DNA of 64,000 nt, from assembly GCA_963806035.1 (NCBI GenBank), contig CAWDWO010000028.1, positions 1 to 64,000 on the forward strand, given 5' to 3'. The position numbers were made by a program, and so were the translations under genes. This DNA comes from Candidatus Krumholzibacteriota bacterium (GTDB taxonomy: Bacteria; Krumholzibacteriota; Krumholzibacteriia; JAJRXK01). Shown piece by piece: positions 28,333-38,301 of the stretch (position 1 is the first letter of the stretch; each line of letters begins with the position of its first letter). Below the pieces are notes generated by a model, which saw only the letters and a list, made by a program, of their open reading frames with translations, was not told where the DNA came from and searched no databases.

Positions 28333-30069
28333 ATGCTGTATCCTGTTATGATTCTTGCCGCTGATTGGGCTCCGCTTTGCACCACTTCGTTTGCAGGTCG
28401 GCCAGTGGGAACGTCCCCCGAATACCTTGAACTCCTGAAGCAATATCGCGCCCTCGAAGAACGAATCGCCGAGCTCAAGGACTTCAAGCACAAGCACGAA
28501 GCGAGTGAACGCGCCCTTCGCGAGAGCGAAGAGAAGTTTCGCCTCATTTCCGAACAGTCGATGATCGCGATCTCCGTCATTCAGGACGGTGCTTTCAGGT
28601 ATTGCAACGAGACCTTCCTGAACCTGGTCGAGTATCCCCTGGAAGAGATTCGCGAAATGAAAAGCCTGGAGAACATCGCGCGGCTCATTCATCCCGACGA
28701 CCGGGAATTCGTCATCGAGCAGATCAGTCGCAAGATGCAAGGTGACAAGGACGTCGTCACGAACTACCCCATGCGTCTCCTCACCTCCTCGAACAAGACG
28801 CGCTGGGTGGAAATTTACTCGAAGACCGTGTTCTTTCAGGGCCGTCCCGCCGACCTCGTCACGATGACGGACATCAGTACGCGCAAGCAGGCCGAGGAAG
28901 AGCGCGCCAGCCTCCAGGCCCAGGTCTTCCATGCGCAGAAATTGGAGAGCCTGGGGGTTTTCACCGGCGGTATCGCGCACGATTTCAACAATCTCCTCAG
29001 CAGCATCCTGGGAAGCGCCGAGCTCGCGCTGCGTGAGCTTCCCGCCGACGATCCGACGCGCACGCACATGGAGGAGATTCACCGCGCCGCCGAGCACGGC
29101 ACCGAACTCTGTCAGCAGATGTTGGCCTATGCGGGGAAGGCGGCGCCCCAACGTGGTCCGATCGACCTCATCGAGCTCATCCGCGAAATGGACCGGCTCT
29201 TTAGAATCTCCATCTCGCGCGAGATCGAGCTGCAGGTTCAAGCCCCGCCATCGCTGCCCGCGATCGAGGGGGACGCGAGCCAGATCCGGCAGATCGTTCT
29301 CAACCTGATCATCAACGCTTCCGAGGCATCCGAGGGTCGGAAAGGAACGATCGTCATCCGCATGGGAGAGGAGTTCTGTGAAGAAAGGGAACTGAGTACT
29401 CCCTGGTTGAATCAGGATCTGCCGGCCGGGGACTACGTCTATCTGGAGGTGGAAGACACCGGAAAGGGCATGGACCAAGCCACCATGCTGCGCGTGTTCG
29501 ACCCCTTCTTCTCGACCAAGTTCGCCGGACGCGGCCTCGGTCTGGCGTCGACCCTAGGCATCATCAAGGAGCACCGGGGAAGCATTCGGGTCGAAAGCGC
29601 TCTGGGCAAGGGCACCAAGTTCCACGTCAGCTTTCCCGCCGCCAAAGCGGAGGTCGCCTCGAAGCCGCCGGAGATCACGCACGAATGGGAGGGAAGCGGA
29701 CTGGTTCTGCTCATCGAGGACGAGGAATCGGTGCGCGCGGTCACCCGTCGCCTTCTCGAGAGTCTGGGCCTTCAGGTCGAGACGGCAAGCGACGGCGTGG
29801 AGGGCCTGCAGAAGTTCTCCGAGCGGCCGGAGGCCTTTCGGCTCGTCATCGCGGACATGATCATGCCGCAACTCGGTGGCGAAGAGGTTCTCGAGGAGAT
29901 TCGCGCGCGCCGAAGCGACTTGCCCGTCCTCTTGACCAGCGGCTTCAGCGAAGCGGAAGCGGTCCGCACTCCCGCGCGCGATCCGCTGACCGAGTTCTTG
30001 CCCAAACCCTTCGGTCTGAACGAGCTGCGCAAGTATCTCGATCGCCTTCTGGATCTGAGCAAGAGCTAG
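28333..30069 (+). CDS. PAS-domain hybrid sensor histidine kinase/response regulator (CckA-like architecture); start uncertain
   Basis: QKLESLGVFTGGIAHDFNNLL (H box), NLIINA, DTGKGM, FDPFFSTK.GRGLGL and a C-terminal receiver domain. Confidence 0.93.
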   Translation: MLYPVMILAADWAPLCTTSFAGRPVGTSPEYLELLKQYRALEERIAELKDFKHKHEASERALRESEEKFRLISEQSMIAISVIQDGAFRYCNETFLNLVEYPLEEIREMKSLENIARLIHPDDREFVIEQISRKMQGDKDVVTNYPMRLLTSSNKTRWVEIYSKTVFFQGRPADLVTMTDISTRKQAEEERASLQAQVFHAQKLESLGVFTGGIAHDFNNLLSSILGSAELALRELPADDPTRTHMEEIHRAAEHGTELCQQMLAYAGKAAPQRGPIDLIELIREMDRLFRISISREIELQVQAPPSLPAIEGDASQIRQIVLNLIINASEASEGRKGTIVIRMGEEFCEERELSTPWLNQDLPAGDYVYLEVEDTGKGMDQATMLRVFDPFFSTKFAGRGLGLASTLGIIKEHRGSIRVESALGKGTKFHVSFPAAKAEVASKPPEITHEWEGSGLVLLIEDEESVRAVTRRLLESLGLQVETASDGVEGLQKFSERPEAFRLVIADMIMPQLGGEEVLEEIRARRSDLPVLLTSGFSEAEAVRTPARDPLTEFLPKPFGLNELRKYLDRLLDLSKS

Positions 30070-30890
30070 TCGACGAAAAAGTCGGGGAACAGCTCGGCCC
30101 CCGGCTCCACCGCGTAGGCGTCGAACTCGGTGACACCCTCCTCACGCAGGACCTCCTCGTCCAGATAGAAGTTCCCGCTGCAGGCCCGGCTCTCCCGCGT
30201 CAGAATGGCGTGCGCCGCGTCCGCCATGATGGAGGGCTTGCGTGAGCGGCGAACCATGGGCTCTCCGCCCAGGAGGTTACGCACCGCGGCGGTCGCGATT
30301 GCGGTCCTGGGCCACAGAGCGTTCACCGCGACTCCGCTCTCGGCGAACTCCGCGCTCATCGCGAGGACCCAGACGCTCATCCCGTACTTCGAGAGACTGT
30401 AGGCCGCGTGGTCCTTGAACCACTTTTTGTCCCAGTTCAGCGGGGGCGAGATGTTGAGGATGTGGGGGTTGTCCACTTTCAGGAGATGGGGCAGACAACT
30501 GCGGGCGCAGAGAAACGCGGCGCGGGTGTTCACCGCGAAGAGCCGGTCGAAGGTGCGCATCTTGGTCTCCAGGGTGCCACTGAGGGCGAGCGCGCCCGCG
30601 TTGTTCACCAGGATGTCGATCCGCCCGAAGCGCGCCAGCGCGGCGTCGACCGTTGCCAGCACTTCTTCCTCGTGCCGCACGTCGCACTGTAGCGCGAGCG
30701 CCTCCCCGCCCGCGCGCTCGACTTCCGCCGCGGCCGTGTGAATGGTGCCCGGCAATTTCGGGTGTTCCCGCACCGTTTTGGCCGCCAGGACCACTTTGGC
30801 GCCGTCCCGCGCCGCCCGCAGGGCGATCGCCTTGCCGATCCCCCGGCTGGCGCCGGTGATGAAGAGGACCTTTCCGCGCAGATCAGCCAT
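30066..30890 (-). CDS. SDR oxidoreductase, HSDL2-like
   Basis: TGASRGIG, HPKLPGTI, HILNISPP, YSLSKYG and ALWPRT motifs. Confidence 0.9.
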   Translation of the reverse strand: MADLRGKVLFITGASRGIGKAIALRAARDGAKVVLAAKTVREHPKLPGTIHTAAAEVERAGGEALALQCDVRHEEEVLATVDAALARFGRIDILVNNAGALALSGTLETKMRTFDRLFAVNTRAAFLCARSCLPHLLKVDNPHILNISPPLNWDKKWFKDHAAYSLSKYGMSVWVLAMSAEFAESGVAVNALWPRTAIATAAVRNLLGGEPMVRRSRKPSIMADAAHAILTRESRACSGNFYLDEEVLREEGVTEFDAYAVEPGAELFPDFFVD

Positions 30891-31063
30891 GCAGGCTCCG
30901 TTCTTTCGGGATTTCGTCGGCTGTCATTCTGCCCCTCTTGCCCGGGAGCGGCAAGTCGGCACCGTGAGCGGCTTGAAACCCCCTCCGCCGCGCTCTATGT
31001 TCATGATCTGTCTTTCCGCGCGAGCGCCCGCGCGGGTTTCGTTCCAGAACTCAGGGGGCAACC

Positions 31064-32752
31064 ATGGCCATCGTAGAATGCGTTCCCAATTTCAGTGAAG
31101 GCCGCGACCACGCGGTTTTGGATGCGATCGTAGCGGCGATCAAGAGCGCGGATGGCTGCCAGGTCCTGGATGTGGATCCGGGCGCCGCGACCAATCGCAC
31201 CGTCGTCACCGTGGTGGGCGAGCCCGAAGCGGTGCTGGAAGGCGCATACCGTGGAATCGCGAAGGCCGCGCAACTCATCGACATGAGCAAGCACCGCGGT
31301 GCCCACCCGCGCATGGGCGCCACCGACGTCTGTCCCTTCGTGCCGGTTTCCGGTTTGAGCATGGACGACTGCGTGGAGCTCGCGCGCCGTCTGGGCAAGC
31401 GGGTGGGAGAAGAGCTGAAGATTCCCGTCTATCTCTACGAGTACGCCGCTTCGCGTCCGGAGCGGGTGAACCTGGCAGACGTGCGCAGCGGGGAATACGA
31501 AGCGCTTCCGGACAAGTTGACCAAAGAGGAATGGAAGCCGGACTTCGGCCCGGCCAGCTTCAACCCGCACACCGGCGCCACCGCCATTTCCGCGCGCGAG
31601 TTTCTCTTGGCCTACAACGTCAACCTCAACACCCAGGACAAATCGAGGGCCAGCGACATCGCCCTCGACTTGCGCGAGCAGGGGCGCGCCAAGCGCGACG
31701 CTCAGGGCGAGATCGTGCGCAATGAATCCGGCCAGGCGATCAAGGTGCCAGGGCGTTTTCAGCACGTCAAAGGCGTGGGCTGGTACATCGACGAGTACAA
31801 GCTGGCGCAGATCTCCATGAACCTGACCAATTATAAGGTCAGCAGCCTGCACGCCGTGTTCGATGCCGCCTGCGAGGAGGCGGTGAAGCGCGGCTTGCGC
31901 GTCACCGGCAGTGAACTGGTTGGTCTGGTGCCGCTGGAGGCCATGCTGCAGGCCGGCCGGCACTACCTGCGCAAGCAGGGCAAGAGCGCCGGCATTCCCG
32001 AGAGTGAGGTCGTCGAATGCGCGATCCGCAGCATGGGAATGCGCGACGTGGCTCCCTTCGACCCGCACGAGAAGATCATCGAATACCGCCTCAAGAAGGG
32101 ACAGACGGGTCTGGCCGATCTGAGTCTCGCCGCCTTCTGCGACGAGCTCTCCAGCGAATCCCCCGCCCCCGGTGGAGGAAGCGTGGCCGCGCTCGCAGGT
32201 AGCCTCGCCGCCGGCCTGGCCGCGATGGTGGCCAATCTCACGGTGGGACGGAAGGGCCAGGACGATGTCTGGGACGAGATGAACGAGCTGGCAGTGGAGG
32301 CGCAGGGGCACAAGGACTGGCTCATGGAGGCCGTCGATGCCGACACTCAGGCTTTCAACGCGGTACTGACGGCTCGCCGGATGCCCAAATCGAGCGAGAG
32401 CGAAATCGCGGCGCGGGAAGAGGCCATTCTGCAGGCCAACCGCGAGGCCACCCTGGTTCCCTTGCGCGTGCTCGAGCGCATGCATGCCGTGCTCGAACTG
32501 GCTGCGCAAGCCGCGCACAAGGGTAATCCCAACAGCCTGAGCGACGCGGGGGTCGCGGCCCTCTGCGCCCTGGCCTGCGCCGAGGGAGCCTACTACAACG
32601 TGCTCATCAACCTGGCCGGGCTGAAGGAGGACCAGCCCTGGGCGCGGAAGACGGAAGAGCGCGCCGAATCCGCCCTGGGCCAGGCCCGGAAGGCGGGCGA
32701 GGCCCTCCGCGACGAAGTCAGGGGCACCCTGAGGGCCGCCCTGAGCGACTAG
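31064..32752 (+). CDS. ftcd: Bifunctional glutamate formimidoyltransferase/formiminotetrahydrofolate cyclodeaminase
   Basis: VECVPNFSEGR, HPRMGATDVCPFVP and the cyclodeaminase motif SPAPGGGSVAA. Confidence 0.95.
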   Translation: MAIVECVPNFSEGRDHAVLDAIVAAIKSADGCQVLDVDPGAATNRTVVTVVGEPEAVLEGAYRGIAKAAQLIDMSKHRGAHPRMGATDVCPFVPVSGLSMDDCVELARRLGKRVGEELKIPVYLYEYAASRPERVNLADVRSGEYEALPDKLTKEEWKPDFGPASFNPHTGATAISAREFLLAYNVNLNTQDKSRASDIALDLREQGRAKRDAQGEIVRNESGQAIKVPGRFQHVKGVGWYIDEYKLAQISMNLTNYKVSSLHAVFDAACEEAVKRGLRVTGSELVGLVPLEAMLQAGRHYLRKQGKSAGIPESEVVECAIRSMGMRDVAPFDPHEKIIEYRLKKGQTGLADLSLAAFCDELSSESPAPGGGSVAALAGSLAAGLAAMVANLTVGRKGQDDVWDEMNELAVEAQGHKDWLMEAVDADTQAFNAVLTARRMPKSSESEIAAREEAILQANREATLVPLRVLERMHAVLELAAQAAHKGNPNSLSDAGVAALCALACAEGAYYNVLINLAGLKEDQPWARKTEERAESALGQARKAGEALRDEVRGTLRAALSD

Positions 32753-32780
32753 ACCGTCGCAAAATTCATGAATACTGGAC

Positions 32781-32809
32781 TTGATTCTCCTTTCCCCTCG
32801 CTCCATAAT
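32781..32809 (+). promoter_or_regulatory. Sigma70 promoter of the benzoyl-CoA pathway operon
   Basis: TTGATT (32781-86), 17-bp spacer, CATAAT (32804-09). Confidence 0.7.
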
Positions 32810-32820
32810 GGAGAAAACTT

Positions 32821-32834
32821 CGAACGAATGTTCG
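32821..32834. promoter_or_regulatory. Palindromic operator CGAAC-N4-GTTCG just downstream of the promoter
   Basis: cgaacgaatgttcg between the -10 box and the RBS. Confidence 0.6.
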
Positions 32835-32849
32835 GACGGGAATGGAGTT

Positions 32850-33917
32850 ATGTCACAAACTCTTACTGCATATGGATTTAGTGTCAAAACCCCCGGGCAA
32901 GCGCTGGAAAAACTGGAGCTGAACGAACTCCGTTGCGGCCCGCAGGAGGTCCTCATCGAGGTCGCGGGCTGCGGAGTCTGCCACACCGACCTCGGCTTTT
33001 GGGCTGGACAGGTCCCCCCCCGCCACCCTCTTCCCTTGATCCTGGGTCACGAAATTTCGGGGCGCGTGGTCGACTGCGGAGAGAACGCACAAGAATGGCA
33101 GGGGCGCCGGGTGTTGGTGCCGGCGGTGATTCCCTGCGGAGAATGTCCGGCGTGCAGGGCCGGCCGACCCACCATCTGCCGCCACCAGTTCATGCCGGGC
33201 AACGACGGCCACGGCGGTTTCGCGACCCACGTCAAAGTTCCCGCGCGCGGACTGTGCCCCATCCCCAAGACCCTCCCCCCAGGACTGTCTCTTCCCCAGC
33301 TCTCGGTGGTGGCGGATGCGGTCACCACCCCCTACGAAGCGATTCGCCGCAGCGGACTGTCGGCCAGGGACGTCGCGATCTTCGTCGGAGTGGGTGGGGT
33401 CGGAGGATTCGGAGTGCAGATCGCGGCCGCCCTGGGAGCCGCGGTGGTGGCGATCGACGTCGATGAGACCCGTCTCGCTCTGGCCTCGAAGCACGGAGCC
33501 ACTCTCGCCCTGGACGCCTCAGCGAGCGACGCCAAGGAACTCAAGAAATTGGTGCGTCAATTCGCCAAGTCTCAAGATCGCGGCGGCATCGGCCTGAAAG
33601 TTTTCGAGACCAGTGGAACCGTCGCGGGACAGGAGACTGCTTTCAATTTGCTCGACTTCGGCGGCCATCTGGCCGTGGTCGGGTTCACCCCCGAGAAGAC
33701 CAGCCTGCGCCTGAGCAACCTCATGGCCCTGGACGCCACCGCGCGCGGAAACTGGGGTTGCCCGCCACAGTGGTATCCCGACGCACTCGATCTGGTCCTT
33801 TCGGGAAAGATCGATCTGAGCGACTTCGTGCAGACCTACCCTCTGAACGAGGCGGCGGAAGTGATGAACGAAGTAGCGCAGCACCGCGTCCAGAAACGTC
33901 CCGTTTTGGTGCCCTGA
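32850..33917 (+). CDS. had: 6-hydroxycyclohex-1-ene-1-carbonyl-CoA dehydrogenase
   Basis: Zn-ADH motifs GCGVCHTD, GHEISG and CGECPAC; MPGNDGHGGFATH; RLSNLMALDATARGNWGC; operon context. Confidence 0.9.
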   Translation: MSQTLTAYGFSVKTPGQALEKLELNELRCGPQEVLIEVAGCGVCHTDLGFWAGQVPPRHPLPLILGHEISGRVVDCGENAQEWQGRRVLVPAVIPCGECPACRAGRPTICRHQFMPGNDGHGGFATHVKVPARGLCPIPKTLPPGLSLPQLSVVADAVTTPYEAIRRSGLSARDVAIFVGVGGVGGFGVQIAAALGAAVVAIDVDETRLALASKHGATLALDASASDAKELKKLVRQFAKSQDRGGIGLKVFETSGTVAGQETAFNLLDFGGHLAVVGFTPEKTSLRLSNLMALDATARGNWGCPPQWYPDALDLVLSGKIDLSDFVQTYPLNEAAEVMNEVAQHRVQKRPVLVP

Positions 33918-33933
33918 ACTCCGCAAGCGAAGG

Positions 33934-35028
33934 ATGACCATGAACGATCACAATCTCACCGAGCGTTTCGAGCCCCGGCACATCCTCTATGAACACAGAC
34001 CGGTTCTCAGCCGCGACGGCAATCCGGCGGAGGGACTCCACAATGTGTGGATCTCGCTCAACAATCCCGAAGAGCTCAATTCCTACACCACCGACAGCAT
34101 CAAGGAAATCATCCTGGCCTTTCGTGCCGCGAGCAACGACCGGGCGGCGGTGGCGGTGATCTTCACCGGAGTGGGGAATCGCGCCTTCTGTTCGGGAGGA
34201 AACACGCGCGAGTACGCCGAGGTCTATGCCAACGCTCCCGGCGAGTACCGGCAGTACATGCGCCTCTTCAACGACATGGTCAGCTCCATTCTGCACTGCG
34301 ACAAGCCCGTGATCTGCCGGGCCAACGGGATGCGAGTGGGTGGAGGGCAGGAGATCGGCATGGCCTGCGATTTTACCGTCGCGAGCGACCTCGCCGTCTT
34401 CAGCCAGGCCGGCCCCAAGCACGGGTCCGCCCCCGACGGAGGAAGCACGGACTTCTTGCCGCTCTTCGTGGGGATGGAAAACGCGATGATGAGCGGGACC
34501 CTGTGCCGTCCGTGGAGCGCACACCGCTTTTACCGTCTGGGTGGACTCACCGACATCGCTCCCGCTCTGCTCGTCGACGGAGAATTCCTGGCCAATCCCC
34601 TGGTGATCACGGACCGCTACCTCGACGAGTTCGGCCGCGTAGTACACGGCGAATTCAAGACGGGAAACGAGCGCGCGAAAGGAAAGGAACTCCTTGCCAA
34701 AGGTGAGGTGAATCTCGGCAAGCTGGACGAGCTCACCGAGACTCTGAGCACGGACCTTCTTTATACCATGCCCGACTGCCTCACCAAGACCATCGAGAGT
34801 CTGCGGAAGCACAAGTTGGAACACTGGAATTCCAACAAGGAGACCAATCGCGCCTGGTTGAGTTTGAACATGATGACCGAAGCCAGTTGCGGCTTCCGGG
34901 CCTTCCATTACGGAACGCGGGACCAGCGTGAGGCCGACTTCCCCCTCCTGCGTCGCCGTCTCGCCGAAGGCGCCCACTGGGGCGAGAATCTGATGCGCGA
35001 AGTCGCGCCGTGGATCGAGGGGGGATGA
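33934..35028 (+). CDS. oah: 6-oxocyclohex-1-ene-1-carbonyl-CoA hydrolase (ring-opening)
   Basis: NPEELNSYTT, AFCSGGNTREYAE, QAGPKHGSAP.GGSTDFLP and AWLSLNMMTEA motifs. Confidence 0.93.
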   Translation: MTMNDHNLTERFEPRHILYEHRPVLSRDGNPAEGLHNVWISLNNPEELNSYTTDSIKEIILAFRAASNDRAAVAVIFTGVGNRAFCSGGNTREYAEVYANAPGEYRQYMRLFNDMVSSILHCDKPVICRANGMRVGGGQEIGMACDFTVASDLAVFSQAGPKHGSAPDGGSTDFLPLFVGMENAMMSGTLCRPWSAHRFYRLGGLTDIAPALLVDGEFLANPLVITDRYLDEFGRVVHGEFKTGNERAKGKELLAKGEVNLGKLDELTETLSTDLLYTMPDCLTKTIESLRKHKLEHWNSNKETNRAWLSLNMMTEASCGFRAFHYGTRDQREADFPLLRRRLAEGAHWGENLMREVAPWIEGG

Positions 35029-35822
35029 ACGTGGAAACGAAAAAAGTGAGAGTCGAGTTCTCCCGTGGCGAACGCGTGGTGAGCCTCTGGCTCGCGAGCC
35101 CCAAGGCGAACGTGCTCGATCAGACCATGGCGGAGGAACTCACCGGCGCTTTGAACTCTCTGCGTGAACATCGTTCGTTGCGTGCCATCGTGATCCGCCC
35201 CGAAGGCCCCCATTTCAGTTTCGGGGCCAGCGTGGAAGAGCACTTACCCGCTCAGATCGGCGCCGCCCTCACTCGCTTGCGGACCCTCCTGAGCGCGCTT
35301 CTCACCAGCTCCGCGCCCACCATCGCCGCCGTGCGCGGACAGTGCCTGGGCGGCGGCCTGGAACTCGCGCTGGGGTGTGACCTCGTCATGGCCGAGGAGA
35401 ACGCCAAGCTGGGACTTCCCGAAATCAAACTGGGGGTCTTTCCCCCGGCCGGAGCCGCTCTCCTCCCGGTACGCATCGGAGCCAGCAGGGCCTCCGAGCT
35501 CGTTCTCACCGGACGCAGCCTCACGGGAAGCGAGGCGCAGCAGGCGGGACTGGTGGCCCGGCTCGTGCCGGAAGGAACACTCGACGCCGAGCTCGCGAGC
35601 TTGCTCGAAAACGAATTCTTGCCCCGCTCGGCGCCCGCGCTCCGCTACGCGAGCAAGGCTTCGCGCCGCGCGCTTTTGGCCGCGGTGCACGAAGACCTTC
35701 CCGAACTCGAGCACCTCTATCTCGAGGAACTGATGGATCAGCCCGACGCGGAGGAGGGCATTCGCGCCTTCCTGGAGAAGCGATCCCCGCGCTGGACCGA
35801 CGACGAAGGGATTCAGCCGTGA
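35025..35822 (+). CDS. dch: Cyclohexa-1,5-diene-1-carbonyl-CoA hydratase
   Basis: Crotonase fold: PKANVLD, GPHFSFGASVEEH, CLGGGLE and PEIKLGVF motifs. Confidence 0.9.
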   Translation: MNVETKKVRVEFSRGERVVSLWLASPKANVLDQTMAEELTGALNSLREHRSLRAIVIRPEGPHFSFGASVEEHLPAQIGAALTRLRTLLSALLTSSAPTIAAVRGQCLGGGLELALGCDLVMAEENAKLGLPEIKLGVFPPAGAALLPVRIGASRASELVLTGRSLTGSEAQQAGLVARLVPEGTLDAELASLLENEFLPRSAPALRYASKASRRALLAAVHEDLPELEHLYLEELMDQPDAEEGIRAFLEKRSPRWTDDEGIQP

Positions 35823-36997
35823 AGGGCGAGCTGGCCAGACTCGTGAAGCGCACCACGGCCCTGCACGAGGACCTCGCCCTCAGCTCCGTCAAACAATGGA
35901 AAAGCGACCACCCCGGCGCGAAGGCCATCGGCCATCTACCGATCTACGTACCGCGCGAGATCATTCATGCGGCCGGAATGCTGCCCGTGGGAATCATGGG
36001 CGGCGGTGAGGATCTCGAGATCATTCGAGGCGACGCCTACTTCCAGAGCTACATCTGTCACATTCCGCGTTCCACCATCGAACTCGCCCTGAGCGGCCGG
36101 CTCGATTGTCTGGACGGCATGCTCTTCCCCTCCATCTGTGACGTGATCCGAAACCTGTCGGGAATGTGGAAGCTGCTGTTCCCCGAGCGCTACGTGCGCT
36201 ATGTGGACGTGCCTCAGAATTTCGTTCCGGGAGTCGGCGGCCTGTTCTGGCGCCGGGAACTCGAGGATTTGAAACACGAGCTCGAGGAGCTGGGAGGACG
36301 GCCCATCGAAGACGAGGCCCTGCGCGCCAGCATCGAGGTCTACAACGAGAACCGGCGCGAGCTCGCCGCGCTCTACGCGGCCCGAAGCAAAGAACCCTGG
36401 CTGTACCCTAGCTACGAGATGTATCCGGTCGTGCGCGCGGGCAACGTGCTCCCGCCCGAGGAACATACCCTGCTCTTGCGCAGCTACCGTGAACTCGCCC
36501 GCCAGGAGAGCGATCGCGTGGAAATGGACTTGAGCCGCGTGGTCGTGGTGGGGGCCTTCTGTGAGCAGCCCCCCATCGGCCTGCTCAAGACACTCGAGCG
36601 CGCCGGCTGTTTCATCGTGGACGACGACATGCTCTTGGGTTTGCGCTGGCTCACCGAAGAGGTCCCCGTAGAGGGCGATCCCATGCAAAACCTGGTCGAT
36701 TCGTATTTGGAGCACAGCGCATCCACCGCCTCGCGCTATGAACCCGAGGGGGACAAGGGCCGCTCCCTGGTGAATTCAGTGCGCGAGAACATGGCGGAGG
36801 GGGTCATCCTCTCGGCGCCCAGCTTCTGCGATCCCGCCCTCCTCGACCAACCCATGCTCGCGGCCGCCCTGCAACGCGAGGGCATTCCCTACACCCAGTT
36901 CAAATACTCCGAAGACATGGGCCAATTCGCAGTCATTCGTGAACAGACCGGGACCTTCGCCGATTCCATCCGTCTGTGGAGCGAGAAGGGAGCGTGA
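35819..36997 (+). CDS. bcrC: Class I benzoyl-CoA reductase subunit C
   Basis: IIRGDAYFQSYICHIPRS, PSICDVIRNLSGMW and SFCDPALL motifs. Confidence 0.93.
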   Translation: MKGELARLVKRTTALHEDLALSSVKQWKSDHPGAKAIGHLPIYVPREIIHAAGMLPVGIMGGGEDLEIIRGDAYFQSYICHIPRSTIELALSGRLDCLDGMLFPSICDVIRNLSGMWKLLFPERYVRYVDVPQNFVPGVGGLFWRRELEDLKHELEELGGRPIEDEALRASIEVYNENRRELAALYAARSKEPWLYPSYEMYPVVRAGNVLPPEEHTLLLRSYRELARQESDRVEMDLSRVVVVGAFCEQPPIGLLKTLERAGCFIVDDDMLLGLRWLTEEVPVEGDPMQNLVDSYLEHSASTASRYEPEGDKGRSLVNSVRENMAEGVILSAPSFCDPALLDQPMLAAALQREGIPYTQFKYSEDMGQFAVIREQTGTFADSIRLWSEKGA

Positions 36998-36999
36998 CG

Positions 37000-38301
37000 A
37001 TGGCAGACACTCGAGGTCCAAAAAGCGCCGCGGTGCAAAAAGATCTCAGCATGGATTTGCAGAAGCAGATGATCGCCGATCATTATCTCGCCCTGCAGAA
37101 CGCAAAGGCGGATGGCCGCAAGTCGGTCTACACCTTCGTGCCGGGCAATTTGACCGAGCTCATCCGCTCCTTCGACCTTTTGCCCGTTTTGCCGGAAATC
37201 AACGCCCTGCAGTCCGGGATGCGCGGACTCTCCGCCGGCTACATCGCCGAGGCCGAGAAGGCCGGGCACTCCGAAGACGTCTGCACCTACGTGAAGTGCG
37301 ATCTGGGCATGCTGAAGAAGGGCAACATCTCGCCCACGGGGACCCAGCTGCCCGACCCCGACCTCTTGCTCCTCTCCTACACCGGCTGCTTCACCTTCAT
37401 GAAGTGGTTCGAGCTTCTACGCGAGGAGTACGGCGCGCCCACCAGCATGCTACACGTGCCCTACCAGTCCGAGGGCACGATCCAGGAGCATCAGGTCGCG
37501 TATGTGGTCGATCAGCTGAAATCCGAGGTCATCCCGAAGCTGGAGAGCATCAGCGGAAAGAAGTTCGACAAAGGCCGGCTGGCGGAAATGCTCGAACTCT
37601 CCGCCCGGGCGGAGGACGACCTGGTGTGGGTGCTCGAGAGCGCCAAGAACGTGCCCTCGCCGATCGACGCCTATTTCGGCGGCGTCTACTACATCGGTCC
37701 CATGTTCACCGCATTCCGCGGCACGCAGGAAGCGGTCGACTATTACGCCGCCCTGCGGCGCGAGATCGAGGAGCGCCTGCGTCGCAAACAGGGGCCGGTC
37801 ACTCCCGAAGGAGAGGTCAAAGACGAGCGCTTCCGTCTGGTGGTGGAAGGTCCACCCAACTGGACTAGTTTTCGCGCGTTCTGGAAGATGTTCTACGACG
37901 AGGGTGCGGTGGTGGTCGCCAGCTCTTACACCAAGGTGGGGGGACTTTACGACCGCGGCTTTCGTCACGATCCGACACGTCCCCTTCAGAGCCTGGCCGA
38001 ATACTGCCTGGGCTGCTACACCAACCTGGGACTTCCCTCACGCGTCGATCTCTTGGCTTCCTACGTGCGCGAATACAACGCGCACGGCTTCTTGATCAAC
38101 AGCGTGAAGAGCTGCAATTCCTTCAGCGCCGGACAACTTCTGATCCTGCGTCAGATCGAGGAGCGTACCGGCGTGCCCGGCGGCTTCATCGAGAGCGACC
38201 TGGTGGACCCCCGCTATTTCTCTTCCGCGAACATCAAGAACCGCATCGAGAGCTATCTGCAGATGCTCGAGCAAAAGGGACGCACGGAGGCGCGAGCATG
38301 A
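37000..38301 (+). CDS. bcrB: Class I benzoyl-CoA reductase subunit B
   Basis: TFVPGNL, GHSEDVCTYVKCD, SYTGCFTFMKWFE and SVKSCNSFSAGQL motifs. Confidence 0.93.
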   Translation: MADTRGPKSAAVQKDLSMDLQKQMIADHYLALQNAKADGRKSVYTFVPGNLTELIRSFDLLPVLPEINALQSGMRGLSAGYIAEAEKAGHSEDVCTYVKCDLGMLKKGNISPTGTQLPDPDLLLLSYTGCFTFMKWFELLREEYGAPTSMLHVPYQSEGTIQEHQVAYVVDQLKSEVIPKLESISGKKFDKGRLAEMLELSARAEDDLVWVLESAKNVPSPIDAYFGGVYYIGPMFTAFRGTQEAVDYYAALRREIEERLRRKQGPVTPEGEVKDERFRLVVEGPPNWTSFRAFWKMFYDEGAVVVASSYTKVGGLYDRGFRHDPTRPLQSLAEYCLGCYTNLGLPSRVDLLASYVREYNAHGFLINSVKSCNSFSAGQLLILRQIEERTGVPGGFIESDLVDPRYFSSANIKNRIESYLQMLEQKGRTEARA

